From: a bacterium
GTDB taxonomy: Bacteria > Fidelibacterota > Marinisomatia > Marinisomatales > UBA1611
Assembly: GCA_038127595.1 (NCBI GenBank)
Contig: JAYPIC010000001.1
Location: forward strand, 2,618 to 66,617
Reading direction: 5' to 3'
DNA: 64,000 nt
The notes beneath the pieces were generated by a model. That model had not been told where the DNA came from, did no database searches, and worked only from the letters and a program-made list of their open reading frames with translations. Below are positions 19,901-28,593 of this stretch, piece by piece. How positions within the stretch are numbered: the stretch's first letter is position 1; every line of letters starts with the position of its first letter. The translations under genes and the position numbers were made by a program.

Positions 19901-20078
19901 ACCATACCTCTTCCCAATATTCTGCCCACGCACCATTACGCACACCATTGGTATAATTTCCTTCTACTTTTATACCTCCGTTGTCATATTTAATGACGAC
20001 TAAACCATCATTCTGCGCGAAAATGGCTGATAGCATTGCTAATGCAGCAAATAACTGTTTTATAGTTTTTATATACAT
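16995..20078 (-). CDS. Large secreted MORN2/YwqK-type repeat protein
   Basis: Signal peptide, then dozens of roughly 24-aa repeats G-x-W-x-x-[WY]-Y-x-x-G-x-K-x-x-E-G-x-Y-x-x-G-K-K-D. Confidence 0.85.
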   Translation of the reverse strand: MYIKTIKQLFAALAMLSAIFAQNDGLVVIKYDNGGIKVEGNYTNGVRNGAWAEYWEEVWWFDYGEDGEPNTKDTLENNNRWDSVEVVIPNFKPKLKLQGNYLNGNRDGTWTEYFEDGKRKTELNYLNGKFNGLQSYWNSNGNKVQEKNYINGKQQGLWTLYYQETGIKKEETNYIDGVQEGLWTEWYEDGQKRRERNFKDGERDSTWTTWYENGNKKFLASYSDGKLNGKYIRWYEGGIIKELDGEYLNNKKHKKWIYWSTSGQKTEEINYDNGVHHGSHIKWFGEKSDQHKKFHINYKDGKKDGIWRHWYSSGIDSLKANYLNGEKDGHWIWWRKNGLKDKEGFYKKEKKHGLWTIWNDSTGSAYHKLHEETYVNDVIDGKVTKWYKEGGLDRQGTMRGKEKEGEWTYWERGGKRWLKFDYGDGLEKVTLGEIEERDGITFKIGKYEPYVGIVEETGGKRGYKLLGRFLDGKRDGKWVQWYDNGQVEVQGEYYRGKKHGEWSLWYNNGKAKEQGTFSFGKVDSLYKYWFDNGHLKEEQRYKKGLAHGRWTKWYKEDPTLKYVENGNWQYKDGVYKDENNELWSWWWYLNDNKEEEGYYIDGNKEGAWVSWFETGVKSSEGAFSKNERDGLWLYYNEDGAVTQELTYSNDLLNGRETKWVVSSSDSLGKEYEKFWKDGQLNGPATTWVDGFRSKMVTYKGESETGKEIANGPWVIWYSGSDQIMEQGFHKNNIRDGLTTYYYENGNKKKEGNLSANINQKLSKPEGVWTYWNKDGQVDFTFDYGKGLDHVKFKDLSKIDESELLYKIDDNTTPFTGVIVDENKEEEYEFLGRLKNGKKDGPWIRWYESKKVPEVVLMPTPEPQPKGTWSGGKETLGAYKDGKKHGLWTTYYSNQQIKDIGTYENGVYNGKWTFYYENGEKEKEGTLRDGNAHDKWIFYNEKGKKTQEGSFNEGLKNGKWIAYFEDGKLTEGEYKDGKKDGTWTSWWDYDKTRKEMQGSYKSGKMVDKWYFYNNKGNLKEIRYFSPVF

Positions 20079-20092
20079 TTTTTATACAAATG

Positions 20093-20124
20093 GAAGAAGA
20101 GTAAATGAAGATTTACCCCCCCTC
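20093..20124 (-). other. 14-bp RNA hairpin upstream of the MORN2 gene (5' leader element or terminator)
   Basis: Minus strand GAGGGGGGGUAAAU-CUUC-AUUUACUCUUCUUC pairs fully, with four G.U wobbles. Confidence 0.55.
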
Positions 20125-20143
20125 GGATTCCTTTTGTAATTGA

Positions 20144-20172
20144 AATTTAAAACAAGAATATCACAAAGTCAA
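20144..20172 (-). promoter_or_regulatory. Sigma70-type promoter for the MORN2 gene
   Basis: TTGACT-17 bp-TAAATT on the minus strand. Confidence 0.55.
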
Positions 20173-20187
20173 AAAGTGAATGAAAAA

Positions 20188-21009
20188 TTAATTTTTCTTG
20201 TTGAGTCTTATCCAGAAACTTTGTCCGAATTTATCATTTAGGTTTATTAGGCCCTCATTGGCATTATTTGTACCTAAAAATACAGTCTCTGTCTCAAATT
20301 TGTTATTTGTCCTTAAATAGCCGCCACCATCAGATGCATTGCCAATGAAAGTGGTTAGTTTGCCAAACTTATTATAAGTTCTAAAATATCCGCTTCCCAA
20401 GAATGAGCCGGTTTCTCCAGAATTATCATAAATTCTTATTTGCCCTGAACTGTCAGCACCAGTGCCTACATAAATGCTTTCTTGGCCACTAAAGTTGTAT
20501 GTGCGTAAGTATCCACCTCCATTAGTACCAGTGCCTAAGAAAATTGTTCTTTCTCCAAATTGATTATACGCTTGTAAGTACCCATCCCCAATATATGATC
20601 TTGTTTCTCCTTGTTTATCATAGATTCGCAATTGTCCAGAGTTATCAGAACCTGTTCCAAGGTATGAGGTTTCTCTACCAGAATTGTTATAAGTTCTAAT
20701 ATATCCACCACCCATTCTACCTGTTCCAACATACGCTGACTCATCCCCTTCACCGTTGTATGCTCTTAAGTAGCCACCTCCGTCCTTACCTGTTCCAACA
20801 AACAATGTTGGTTCGCCAAAAGTGTTGTATGTCTGCATGTAGCCATTGCCCATATAGCCCATAACTACCCCGCGGTCATCTTCAACCGTGATGCTTTTTA
20901 CAACTAAGTGGCCCAATTCATCCGTTTCAGGCCTAAATCCATAGATGGACAGAAAAAGTAGAGTAATTAAAACTCCAATTATAGCGCTTTTTACATCAAT
21001 GAATTTCAT
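20188..21009 (-). CDS. Exported or membrane-anchored glycine-rich beta-repeat protein, unknown function
   Basis: N-terminal hydrophobic segment, then about 10 repeats G-Y-L-R-x-Y-N-x-x-G-x-x-x-x-[YF]-[LVI]-G; SD GGAGG. Confidence 0.75.
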   Translation of the reverse strand: MKFIDVKSAIIGVLITLLFLSIYGFRPETDELGHLVVKSITVEDDRGVVMGYMGNGYMQTYNTFGEPTLFVGTGKDGGGYLRAYNGEGDESAYVGTGRMGGGYIRTYNNSGRETSYLGTGSDNSGQLRIYDKQGETRSYIGDGYLQAYNQFGERTIFLGTGTNGGGYLRTYNFSGQESIYVGTGADSSGQIRIYDNSGETGSFLGSGYFRTYNKFGKLTTFIGNASDGGGYLRTNNKFETETVFLGTNNANEGLINLNDKFGQSFWIRLNKKN

Positions 21010-21053
21010 TGTGCCTCCAGAAATTATATCTTACCAAAAATATAGATGATAAT

Positions 21054-22124
21054 TTAATCATATTCATACGTAATTATATTAATTAGTATTGGCTTTCCAC
21101 CTTCTGATGGTTTTAACATATCGTAATCATGTATTCTAGCTAATCTGCCTTTGTTATCATAGCCAATGGTTTTTTTCTGTATAAGCCTACTTTTATCATC
21201 AAAAGTAGCTTGAATAATTTTTTTGTTTTTGCTGTTGTTTCGAGTTTCAACTCTACGGATAAGTTTTTTTGAAGCATCTGTAATAATTTTTGTTTCTCTT
21301 TTCATATCGTCTTCGTAAAGCTTTGTAATTGTTTTTTCTTGATCCCCATTCATATTAAAGTATATAATTTTATTTATTCTTCCTATGGCGTCGTATTCAT
21401 ATTTCTTAGAGCCTATTGAATAACCACGCCGTGAATCTATAATTTCATTAATATTACCCTTGTCATTGTAGGAGTATGTGGTCTTTCTCATAATTGAAGG
21501 ATCATAGTTTTCTTCTTTTACTACTACTGCACCACTGCTGTCTACATCATAAATTGTATGCTCGATTACAAAGCCAGCATAAAATTCTTTATGTTCTTTT
21601 ATTTTTCCATTTTTATCATAATCGAAGCTTTCCCCCCAAGGCATATTTTTATCATTAACTAGCAGGCCCTCGAGCTTGTTGGACTCGTTAACCTTAGAAG
21701 GATCAAACCTTATAATTTTCCATAATTTCCCATTGCTGTAGTATTTGTAGAATTCTTTCCATTTGAGTGAGTCATCTTTGGAGCCGTATAATTGCTTTGA
21801 AACTAAATTACCTTCAAGATTGTATTCATATTTAAAGTGCATTAACCTTTCTACACCTTCTAGCTTTTGAAGAGACCGTCTATCTTCAAAGTCAATGTAG
21901 CTGTATTTTTTAGATAAAGGTATGTTATGTATATATAATGTGCTATCTAACAACTGTTTCTTTGAATTATAACGCACAATGGTAGATTGAGAGAGTTCTC
22001 TTGTTTCCGTACCAAAGTTTTTTGAGATGCTGTAGCTTTTAATAACTTTGGTATTTGAGCTTCCAACTAGAATCACAAATTGGAACAATATTAAGCATAA
22101 GATTTTGTTTATATGATTACACAT
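21054..22124 (-). CDS. Secreted YD/RHS-like repeat protein
   Basis: Signal peptide; repeated Y-x-Y-[DN]-x-x-G-x-[LI] units (YEYNLEGNL, FDYDKNGKI, YSYNDKGNI, YEYDAIGRI, GYDNKGRL); no Rhs core PxxxxDPxG motif or toxin tail. Confidence 0.7.
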   Translation of the reverse strand: MCNHINKILCLILFQFVILVGSSNTKVIKSYSISKNFGTETRELSQSTIVRYNSKKQLLDSTLYIHNIPLSKKYSYIDFEDRRSLQKLEGVERLMHFKYEYNLEGNLVSKQLYGSKDDSLKWKEFYKYYSNGKLWKIIRFDPSKVNESNKLEGLLVNDKNMPWGESFDYDKNGKIKEHKEFYAGFVIEHTIYDVDSSGAVVVKEENYDPSIMRKTTYSYNDKGNINEIIDSRRGYSIGSKKYEYDAIGRINKIIYFNMNGDQEKTITKLYEDDMKRETKIITDASKKLIRRVETRNNSKNKKIIQATFDDKSRLIQKKTIGYDNKGRLARIHDYDMLKPSEGGKPILINIITYEYD

Positions 22125-22344
22125 TGTTATGAATTTATTTTAATATATTAATATTAAAAGCTACTATTTTTCTACGATGAGTAAACTAGATTTTTCAATT
22201 TATATCTACATATTAGAATGCGTAAAAGATTACGATTAAAAACTAGGGAAATAACAAATTTTCCGCACTTAAAGTAATTGATTAAGTAGCGTTATTTCCT
22301 GTAAATTCAAATATATTAGTAATTTAGAGAATATTAATTTATTG

Positions 22345-22374
22345 TTGACATTAGACTAAAATATGTTTTAATAT
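22345..22374 (+). promoter_or_regulatory. Candidate sigma70 promoter for the PEGA gene
   Basis: Perfect TTGACA at 22345-22350 and TAATAT 18 bp downstream. Confidence 0.4.
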
Positions 22375-22394
22375 TGATTCAAGCGGAGTCCAAT

Positions 22395-23846
22395 ATGTTA
22401 AAAAATATAAAACATATCATCCTAGGTTTGTCCCTAATTATAGGTTGGGTAGAATCTTCAGTGCTTGAAGATATTAAGTATGATCCAAAGACCAACGGTC
22501 TTATGATTAGTATAGAATATTCTGAGCCAATACCGGATGATAATATAATCGGTTGGAAGTCAGATAGAAACTGGCTTTACATTACACTGTTAGGTGTAAA
22601 ACACATAAATAATATTAGCCCAAAGTCAGATCCAAACAATTTGATTAAAGAGCTAGTTATCGATAGTTTTGATGAATCTGTTCAAATTGCTATCTTATTG
22701 ACCAAGAAAATTCATTGGTACGATATAATTAACAGTGAGGGAACATCATCAGCTGTAGTTTTCATTCATACAGAAATGAAAAATAGCTTGCAGGCAAATT
22801 TGAAAAAACACTTAGATAAAAATGGTAAATCTGTGTTTTCTGTCGTATCTCAAGAGGGTTTTCCGACATACAACACTAGTTTTCAAGCCGCATTCAACAA
22901 GGCAAGAGAAGAATTAGGGCCTAATGCTCTTTTTCGTTATAAGGGCAAGCTCTATCATACAAATCATCCTAATGAAGTAAATCAAAATGTTGCATCTGGA
23001 TTTAAAGAGTTAGATGAAAAAAAATCTATCGATGATATTTTTGCTAATTACGCTTTGGCCACTAAAAAATTAGATCAGGTTTCTTCTGATGATCAATCCT
23101 CTAACGAGGATTTTAATACAGTCGATGAATACTTTGTTGATGAAGATTCTGGTCAAGAACTTTCAGAATGGTCTGATCTTGCTGAGGAAGATAAAAGTGA
23201 GAATACCAAGAGTAGTCTTTCCTTTTGGGACAGAATGACTGCAGCAAGAGAGGACGATGATAAAGCAAAACTTTTTGATAATTTAGAATCTTCCAAGGGT
23301 CAATTAATTGAAGAACTTGCTGACCATTCAATAATTAATGATGATCTCGATGGTAGAATTATAAAAGTACCTAAAACTTCTTGGTGGCAAAAACTACCTT
23401 TCTCTTCTATTACAAAAGGAAGGTTCGGAGTTTCTAAAAAAAGGAAAAGCGATAAAGAGCTCCTTCTTGGTCAATCAGCAATTAGAATAGATGCTAATTT
23501 GGATGGTGTACCTATATATATAGACGGCAGATACGTTGGACATACTCCTCTGAAAGCTCCCATTCGCGTTGAGCCAGGCTGGCATCAAGTTAGTGGATTT
23601 TCTCCTCAATATCTTATGTACTTGAACACTGGAACAATAGATTATGTCTCTAATGATCCTATGTTGAATAACCAAATATTTGGCACTGAAACGTTGTATG
23701 TTGAAGGAGGGAAGATTGCTAGATCTGAAATGAGGTTTGATTATGTAGGTCCTTCACTTCCGGTTAAAAAACAGGAAGGTGGTTGGTTAGTTGGTTTTCC
23801 GATTTTACTATCTTTCTTTTCTTTAATTGCATGGGGTGTGGCGTAA
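22395..23846 (+). CDS. Exported PEGA-domain protein with a C-terminal hydrophobic anchor
   Basis: ATG at 22395 after SD GCGGAG; signal peptide; N-terminal AMIN-like beta region (tentative); acidic linker; PEGA motif IYIDGRYVGHTPL...VEPGWHQV; C-terminal TM segment. Confidence 0.75.
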   Translation: MLKNIKHIILGLSLIIGWVESSVLEDIKYDPKTNGLMISIEYSEPIPDDNIIGWKSDRNWLYITLLGVKHINNISPKSDPNNLIKELVIDSFDESVQIAILLTKKIHWYDIINSEGTSSAVVFIHTEMKNSLQANLKKHLDKNGKSVFSVVSQEGFPTYNTSFQAAFNKAREELGPNALFRYKGKLYHTNHPNEVNQNVASGFKELDEKKSIDDIFANYALATKKLDQVSSDDQSSNEDFNTVDEYFVDEDSGQELSEWSDLAEEDKSENTKSSLSFWDRMTAAREDDDKAKLFDNLESSKGQLIEELADHSIINDDLDGRIIKVPKTSWWQKLPFSSITKGRFGVSKKRKSDKELLLGQSAIRIDANLDGVPIYIDGRYVGHTPLKAPIRVEPGWHQVSGFSPQYLMYLNTGTIDYVSNDPMLNNQIFGTETLYVEGGKIARSEMRFDYVGPSLPVKKQEGGWLVGFPILLSFFSLIAWGVA

Positions 23847-23905
23847 GAAGCATTATAGCTTTCATTTATACCTTTTTATTCCTGCTTTTTTTCTAGATAT
23901 TTACT

Positions 23906-25174
23906 TTGTCTGTTCATAATAAGGTTAAATCTTATATTCTAAGTAATAACATTGGTGACAATGCTGCAAGGAAAATAGGTGTTGAGGTCGAGTGTTTTGT
24001 TTTTGATAAAAATTATTATAGAATACCAGTAAATAAAGGGTCTATTTATTCTGCTAGCGATCTTTTAGAAGAACTAAATTCTATCGAGAAAATTTCAAAC
24101 GCTAGTTTTTCTCTTGAACCCGGAGGTCAAATTGAGTGGGCCAGTCCAGTATGTCAAACCATTCAAGAACTTGATAAGTCATTTTTAATCTACAAAAAGA
24201 CACTAGATAAAATCTTAGAAAGAGAAGGTTATAAATCTCTTTTTATTGGCGTTGACCCATTAAGCGAGCCTGATGATGTTGAGCTAATTAAGCTTATGAA
24301 GTATCAATTGATGGATAAAAATATGGAAGAAAGAGGCTCTTTGGGCAAGTGGATGATGCGAAATACATGCAGCATTCAAATTAATTATGACATAAAAAAT
24401 GGGAAAGACCTGGAGGAGTCAGTATACATCTTAGATTGTCTTCATCCGGTATTGTCATATCTTTTTTCCTATAGTCCTTTTCAAAAAGGTGAAGTCATTG
24501 GAAATTTAAATTTGAGGAATCACATTTGGGAAAATACTGATGATAGTAGATGTAAATCTCTAATTAATCACGGCATAATTGACAAGAGAAGTATTTTAGA
24601 TGCGTATATTGATTTTGTTCTTCATGTCCCTGGAATATTTAAACTAGATAGTAAAAATAACATTCAAAAAACTGAATTCTCACTAGGTGAAGACTTAAGA
24701 ATTAAGTATTCTAAAGGAGCACTGAGTCAAGAAGATATAAAAGCAGCATTGCATCAAATATTTACAAATGTAAGATTAAAGAATTTGATTGAGGTGCGGG
24801 ACATTGATTGTTTGCCATCTAATAGTATAATGGCTCCTGTTGCATTTGTTACTGGGTTAATAGATGCCCCTATGGTTAGGGAGAAATTATTGTCAATATT
24901 CAATAGCTGGACATTGGAAGAAAAATTATTATGGAATGATTTAGCTAAATGTCTAAGCGGTGATGTTGATGGACCTGGAGGGAAAAGTTTTTTAGATTGG
25001 GTTAAAATTATTTCCGAAATCTCAATCGGTGGGCTTAAAGCGAGAAAATACGGAGAAGAAAAATATTTCTCTAATTTTTCTGAAAATATACTTTTACATG
25101 GCCCATTAAGTTTTCAAAAGCAAAATAATTTTAAAAAATCAGGTAAACCTTTAAAAAAATATATATTTATTTAA
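23906..25174 (+). CDS. Glutamate--cysteine ligase, GCS2 family (GshA/EgtA-like)
   Basis: IGVEVE, SLEPGGQIE, MMRNTCSIQIN, SPF, R-x-x-IW-x-x-TD-x-x-R, IFTNVRLKNLIEVR. Confidence 0.88.
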   Translation: MSVHNKVKSYILSNNIGDNAARKIGVEVECFVFDKNYYRIPVNKGSIYSASDLLEELNSIEKISNASFSLEPGGQIEWASPVCQTIQELDKSFLIYKKTLDKILEREGYKSLFIGVDPLSEPDDVELIKLMKYQLMDKNMEERGSLGKWMMRNTCSIQINYDIKNGKDLEESVYILDCLHPVLSYLFSYSPFQKGEVIGNLNLRNHIWENTDDSRCKSLINHGIIDKRSILDAYIDFVLHVPGIFKLDSKNNIQKTEFSLGEDLRIKYSKGALSQEDIKAALHQIFTNVRLKNLIEVRDIDCLPSNSIMAPVAFVTGLIDAPMVREKLLSIFNSWTLEEKLLWNDLAKCLSGDVDGPGGKSFLDWVKIISEISIGGLKARKYGEEKYFSNFSENILLHGPLSFQKQNNFKKSGKPLKKYIFI

Positions 25175-25265
25175 AGCATTTATACTTAATGAAAAAGTAA
25201 TTAAAAGGGTTTAATTTTTGACTCATTGTATGTGATATTTGTATGATTTACAAAAATAAATTTTC

Positions 25266-25931
25266 ATGAAATTATATTTTAATTCTAAACTTTTTCAAAA
25301 AGCATTAGCTGCTTTATCTGGGGGCTTTCTAGTTTTATTTTTGCTTGGTCATTTAGCTGGCAATTTGCAGCTATTCATACCTGGAGAATTAGGACAAAAA
25401 CAATTTAACGCATATGCTCTTTTCATGACTACAAATCCTGCTGTAATTGCATTATCATATATAACATATTCATCAATTATTTTACATTCAATTTTAACGA
25501 TTTATTTGGTTTTAAAGTCTAGACTTGCTAGGCCCATAGGATACCATGTTAGTACTGGAACAGGTAATAGTAGTTGGTCTTCAAGAAACATGGCTTTTTT
25601 AGGCACAATGTTATTAATATTTTTAATAATTCATTTGAGAAGTTTTTGGTATGAAATGCATTTTGGAGATATTGGACTTGATAAATGGGGTAACAAAGAT
25701 TTGCATACAGTAACAGTTACAGCCTTTGATAATATTTTTTATACTGGATTTTATGTTATTTCGATGGTGATGCTTGCATTTCATTTGTCTCACGGAGTTG
25801 GTTCAGCCTTCCAAACCTTGGGTCTTAACACTTCAAAGTATGAAAAAACAATTAACCTAATTGGGAAAGGGATAGCAGTGTTGATACCTCTAGTTTTTGC
25901 TAGTATCCCTATTACACTTTATGTTAGATAG
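25266..25931 (+). CDS. sdhC: Succinate dehydrogenase / fumarate reductase cytochrome b subunit
   Basis: FLLGHLAGN, five TM helices, four spaced His residues (HLAGN, LHS, HLRSF, HLSHG); Bacteroidota-type. Confidence 0.92.
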   Translation: MKLYFNSKLFQKALAALSGGFLVLFLLGHLAGNLQLFIPGELGQKQFNAYALFMTTNPAVIALSYITYSSIILHSILTIYLVLKSRLARPIGYHVSTGTGNSSWSSRNMAFLGTMLLIFLIIHLRSFWYEMHFGDIGLDKWGNKDLHTVTVTAFDNIFYTGFYVISMVMLAFHLSHGVGSAFQTLGLNTSKYEKTINLIGKGIAVLIPLVFASIPITLYVR

Positions 25932-27834
25932 TAAAATACCAAAAGGAGCATTAGCTAATAAATGGTCTGATTACAAGTCAAAAGTTCCATTAGTTAGTCC
26001 TGCCAACAAACTTAATTTAGATGTAATCATCGTTGGTACTGGTTTAGCAGGTGCTTCCGCTGCCTCATCTCTTGCTGAAATGGGTTACAACGTGAAAGCT
26101 TTTTGTTTTCAAGATAGTCCAAGAAGAGCGCACTCAATTGCAGCCCAAGGAGGGATAAATGCAGCAAAAAATTATCAGAATGATGGAGATAGCGTTTACA
26201 GATTATTTTATGATACTATAAAGGGTGGTGACTATAGATCCCGTGAAGCAAATGTCCATAGGTTAGCAGAAGTAAGTACAAATATTATAGATCAATGTGT
26301 AGCTCAAGGTGTCCCTTTTGCAAGAGAATATGGTGGGACCCTAGATAATAGATCATTTGGAGGTGTCCAGGTATCTCGAACATTTTATGCAAGAGGGCAA
26401 ACTGGGCAACAGCTTCTTTTGGGTGCTTACAGTGCTTTGAGTAGACAAATAAGCAGAGGCACTGTGCAGATGTATAATAGGCATGAAATGCTTGATGTTG
26501 TTATGATTGATGGCGTTGCTAGAGGTATAATTGCAAGAAATTTACTTACGGGCCAATATGAGCGTTACTTTGGGCATGCAGTTGTTTTGGCAACTGGAGG
26601 TTATGGCAATGTTTTTTACCTATCTACAAATGCAATGGGAAGTAACGTAACAGCTGCGTGGAAAGCGTATAAGAGAGGAGCAATGTTTGGGAATCCTTGT
26701 TTTACGCAGATACATCCTACCTGTATTCCTGTATCAGGAGATTATCAATCAAAATTAACATTGATGTCCGAATCACTTAGGAATGATGGCAGAATTTGGG
26801 TTCCTCTAAAGAAAGGTGATTCTAGGCTACCTGAGGATATTCCTGAAGATGAACGAGATTATTATCTTGAAAGGAAATATCCAGCTTTTGGTAATCTTGT
26901 CCCTAGGGATATAGCTTCTAGAGCAGCGAAGGAAAGATGTGATGATGGATATGGTGTCGGCCAAACAAAAATGGCTGTGTATCTTGACTTTAAGGATGCT
27001 ATTAATAATTTAGGTGAAGATACTGTGAGATCTAGATATGGGAATCTCTTCCAAATGTATAATAAAATAACAGGTGAAAACCCATACAAAACACCGATGA
27101 GAATTTATCCTGCAGTACATTACACTATGGGGGGATTATGGGTAGATTATAATCTAATGACTACTGTACCTGGGTTATATTCAATTGGAGAATCAAATTT
27201 TTCAGATCATGGAGCAAATAGGTTAGGCGCCTCTGCTTTGATGCAAGGCCTTGCTGATGGTTATTTTGTTCTGCCTTATACTATTGGAGAATATTTATCT
27301 AAAGAAATTAGGACAGATAGAATATCGACAGAGGATGAACACTTTGTTATTGCTGAAAAAGAAACAAGAAAACGGAATGAAAAATTACTCAATATTAAAG
27401 GTAAAAAAAGTGTAGAGAGCTTGCACAGGGAATTGGGTAAAATTATGTGGGATAACTGTGGAATGTCTAGAAATGAAAAAGATTTAAAAAATGCGCTAAC
27501 TCAGATAAAAGACCTTAAAAAAGATTTTTGGCAAAATATTTTTGTACCTGGTTCTGATAATGAACTAAACCCAGAGCTTGAAAAAGCGGGAAGGGTTGCT
27601 GACTTTATTGAACTAGGGGAACTTATGATCTATGACGCATTGGATAGAGAAGAATCCTGCGGAGGTCATTTTAGAGAAGAGCACCAAACTCCTGAGGGGG
27701 AAGCGCTTAGAGATGATGAGAACTATACGTTTGTTTCTGCGTGGGAATATAAAGGTGATGACAAGGTGCCAGAATTGCATAAAGAAAATTTAAATTATGA
27801 AGAGGTAACCCCTACTCAAAGGAGTTATAAATAA
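25921..27834 (+). CDS. sdhA: Succinate dehydrogenase / fumarate reductase flavoprotein
   Basis: ATG at 25921 (MLDSKIP); GTGLAG; covalent-FAD motif [28 protein letters not shown]. Confidence 0.96.
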   Translation: MLDSKIPKGALANKWSDYKSKVPLVSPANKLNLDVIIVGTGLAGASAASSLAEMGYNVKAFCFQDSPRRAHSIAAQGGINAAKNYQNDGDSVYRLFYDTIKGGDYRSREANVHRLAEVSTNIIDQCVAQGVPFAREYGGTLDNRSFGGVQVSRTFYARGQTGQQLLLGAYSALSRQISRGTVQMYNRHEMLDVVMIDGVARGIIARNLLTGQYERYFGHAVVLATGGYGNVFYLSTNAMGSNVTAAWKAYKRGAMFGNPCFTQIHPTCIPVSGDYQSKLTLMSESLRNDGRIWVPLKKGDSRLPEDIPEDERDYYLERKYPAFGNLVPRDIASRAAKERCDDGYGVGQTKMAVYLDFKDAINNLGEDTVRSRYGNLFQMYNKITGENPYKTPMRIYPAVHYTMGGLWVDYNLMTTVPGLYSIGESNFSDHGANRLGASALMQGLADGYFVLPYTIGEYLSKEIRTDRISTEDEHFVIAEKETRKRNEKLLNIKGKKSVESLHRELGKIMWDNCGMSRNEKDLKNALTQIKDLKKDFWQNIFVPGSDNELNPELEKAGRVADFIELGELMIYDALDREESCGGHFREEHQTPEGEALRDDENYTFVSAWEYKGDDKVPELHKENLNYEEVTPTQRSYK

Positions 27835-28587
27835 ATGAAAGAGCTAACAATTAAATTGAAAGTTTGGCGACAAAAAAACTCTAAAGACAAGGGCAGATTT
27901 GTTGATTATGATGTTCCTGGTCTTAATGAGCATATGTCTTTTTTAGAAATGTTAGATGTTTTAAACGAACGTTTAATTTCATTAGGAGAGGAGCCAATTG
28001 CTTTTGATCATGATTGTAGAGAAGGAATTTGTGGCAGTTGCTCTATGGTGATTAACGGCAAGCCTCATGGTCCTCTGAAAGGGACAACTACTTGTCAACT
28101 GCATATGTATCATTTCAAAGATGGAGACAATATAGTAATTGAACCGTGGAGAGCAAAACCTTTTCCTGTAATTAAAGATTTAGTTGTAGATAGAACTCCA
28201 TTTGATAGAATTATACAATCTGGTGGGTATATATCCGTAAATACTGGAAGTGCACCAGATGGTAATGCTATACCAATTTCGCAAGAGGATGCTTTGTATG
28301 CATTCGATGCTGCTGCATGTATTGGATGTGGTGCATGTGTTGCTGCCTGTAAAAACGCTTCAGCTAGTTTATTTGTTTCGGCTAAAGTATCTCAGTTAGC
28401 TTCATTGCCACAAGGACAACCTGAGAGAGACAAAAGAGTAGTGGCAATGGTAGATAAAATGGATGAAGAAGGATTTGGGCATTGTACAAACACTGGAGCA
28501 TGCGAGGCTGAGTGTCCTAAAGAAATTTCTCAAGAATATATAAGAAAGATGAACTGGGAATATCACAGAGCTAACATCAAGGGTTAG
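27835..28587 (+). CDS. sdhB: Succinate dehydrogenase / fumarate reductase Fe-S subunit
   Basis: [32 protein letters not shown]. Confidence 0.96.
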   Translation: MKELTIKLKVWRQKNSKDKGRFVDYDVPGLNEHMSFLEMLDVLNERLISLGEEPIAFDHDCREGICGSCSMVINGKPHGPLKGTTTCQLHMYHFKDGDNIVIEPWRAKPFPVIKDLVVDRTPFDRIIQSGGYISVNTGSAPDGNAIPISQEDALYAFDAAACIGCGACVAACKNASASLFVSAKVSQLASLPQGQPERDKRVVAMVDKMDEEGFGHCTNTGACEAECPKEISQEYIRKMNWEYHRANIKG

Positions 28588-28593
28588 CAGCCT

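Noticed and set aside
20188..21009. CRISPR array or DNA-level tandem repeat
   Set aside because: The repeats are degenerate, in-frame and conserved at the amino-acid level; there are no identical repeats with unique spacers and no cas genes.
16995..22124. Toxin-antitoxin or Rhs polymorphic toxin locus
   Set aside because: No toxin domain, Rhs core motif, VgrG/PAAR or small immunity gene; the YwqK-like protein is a 1027-aa exported protein.
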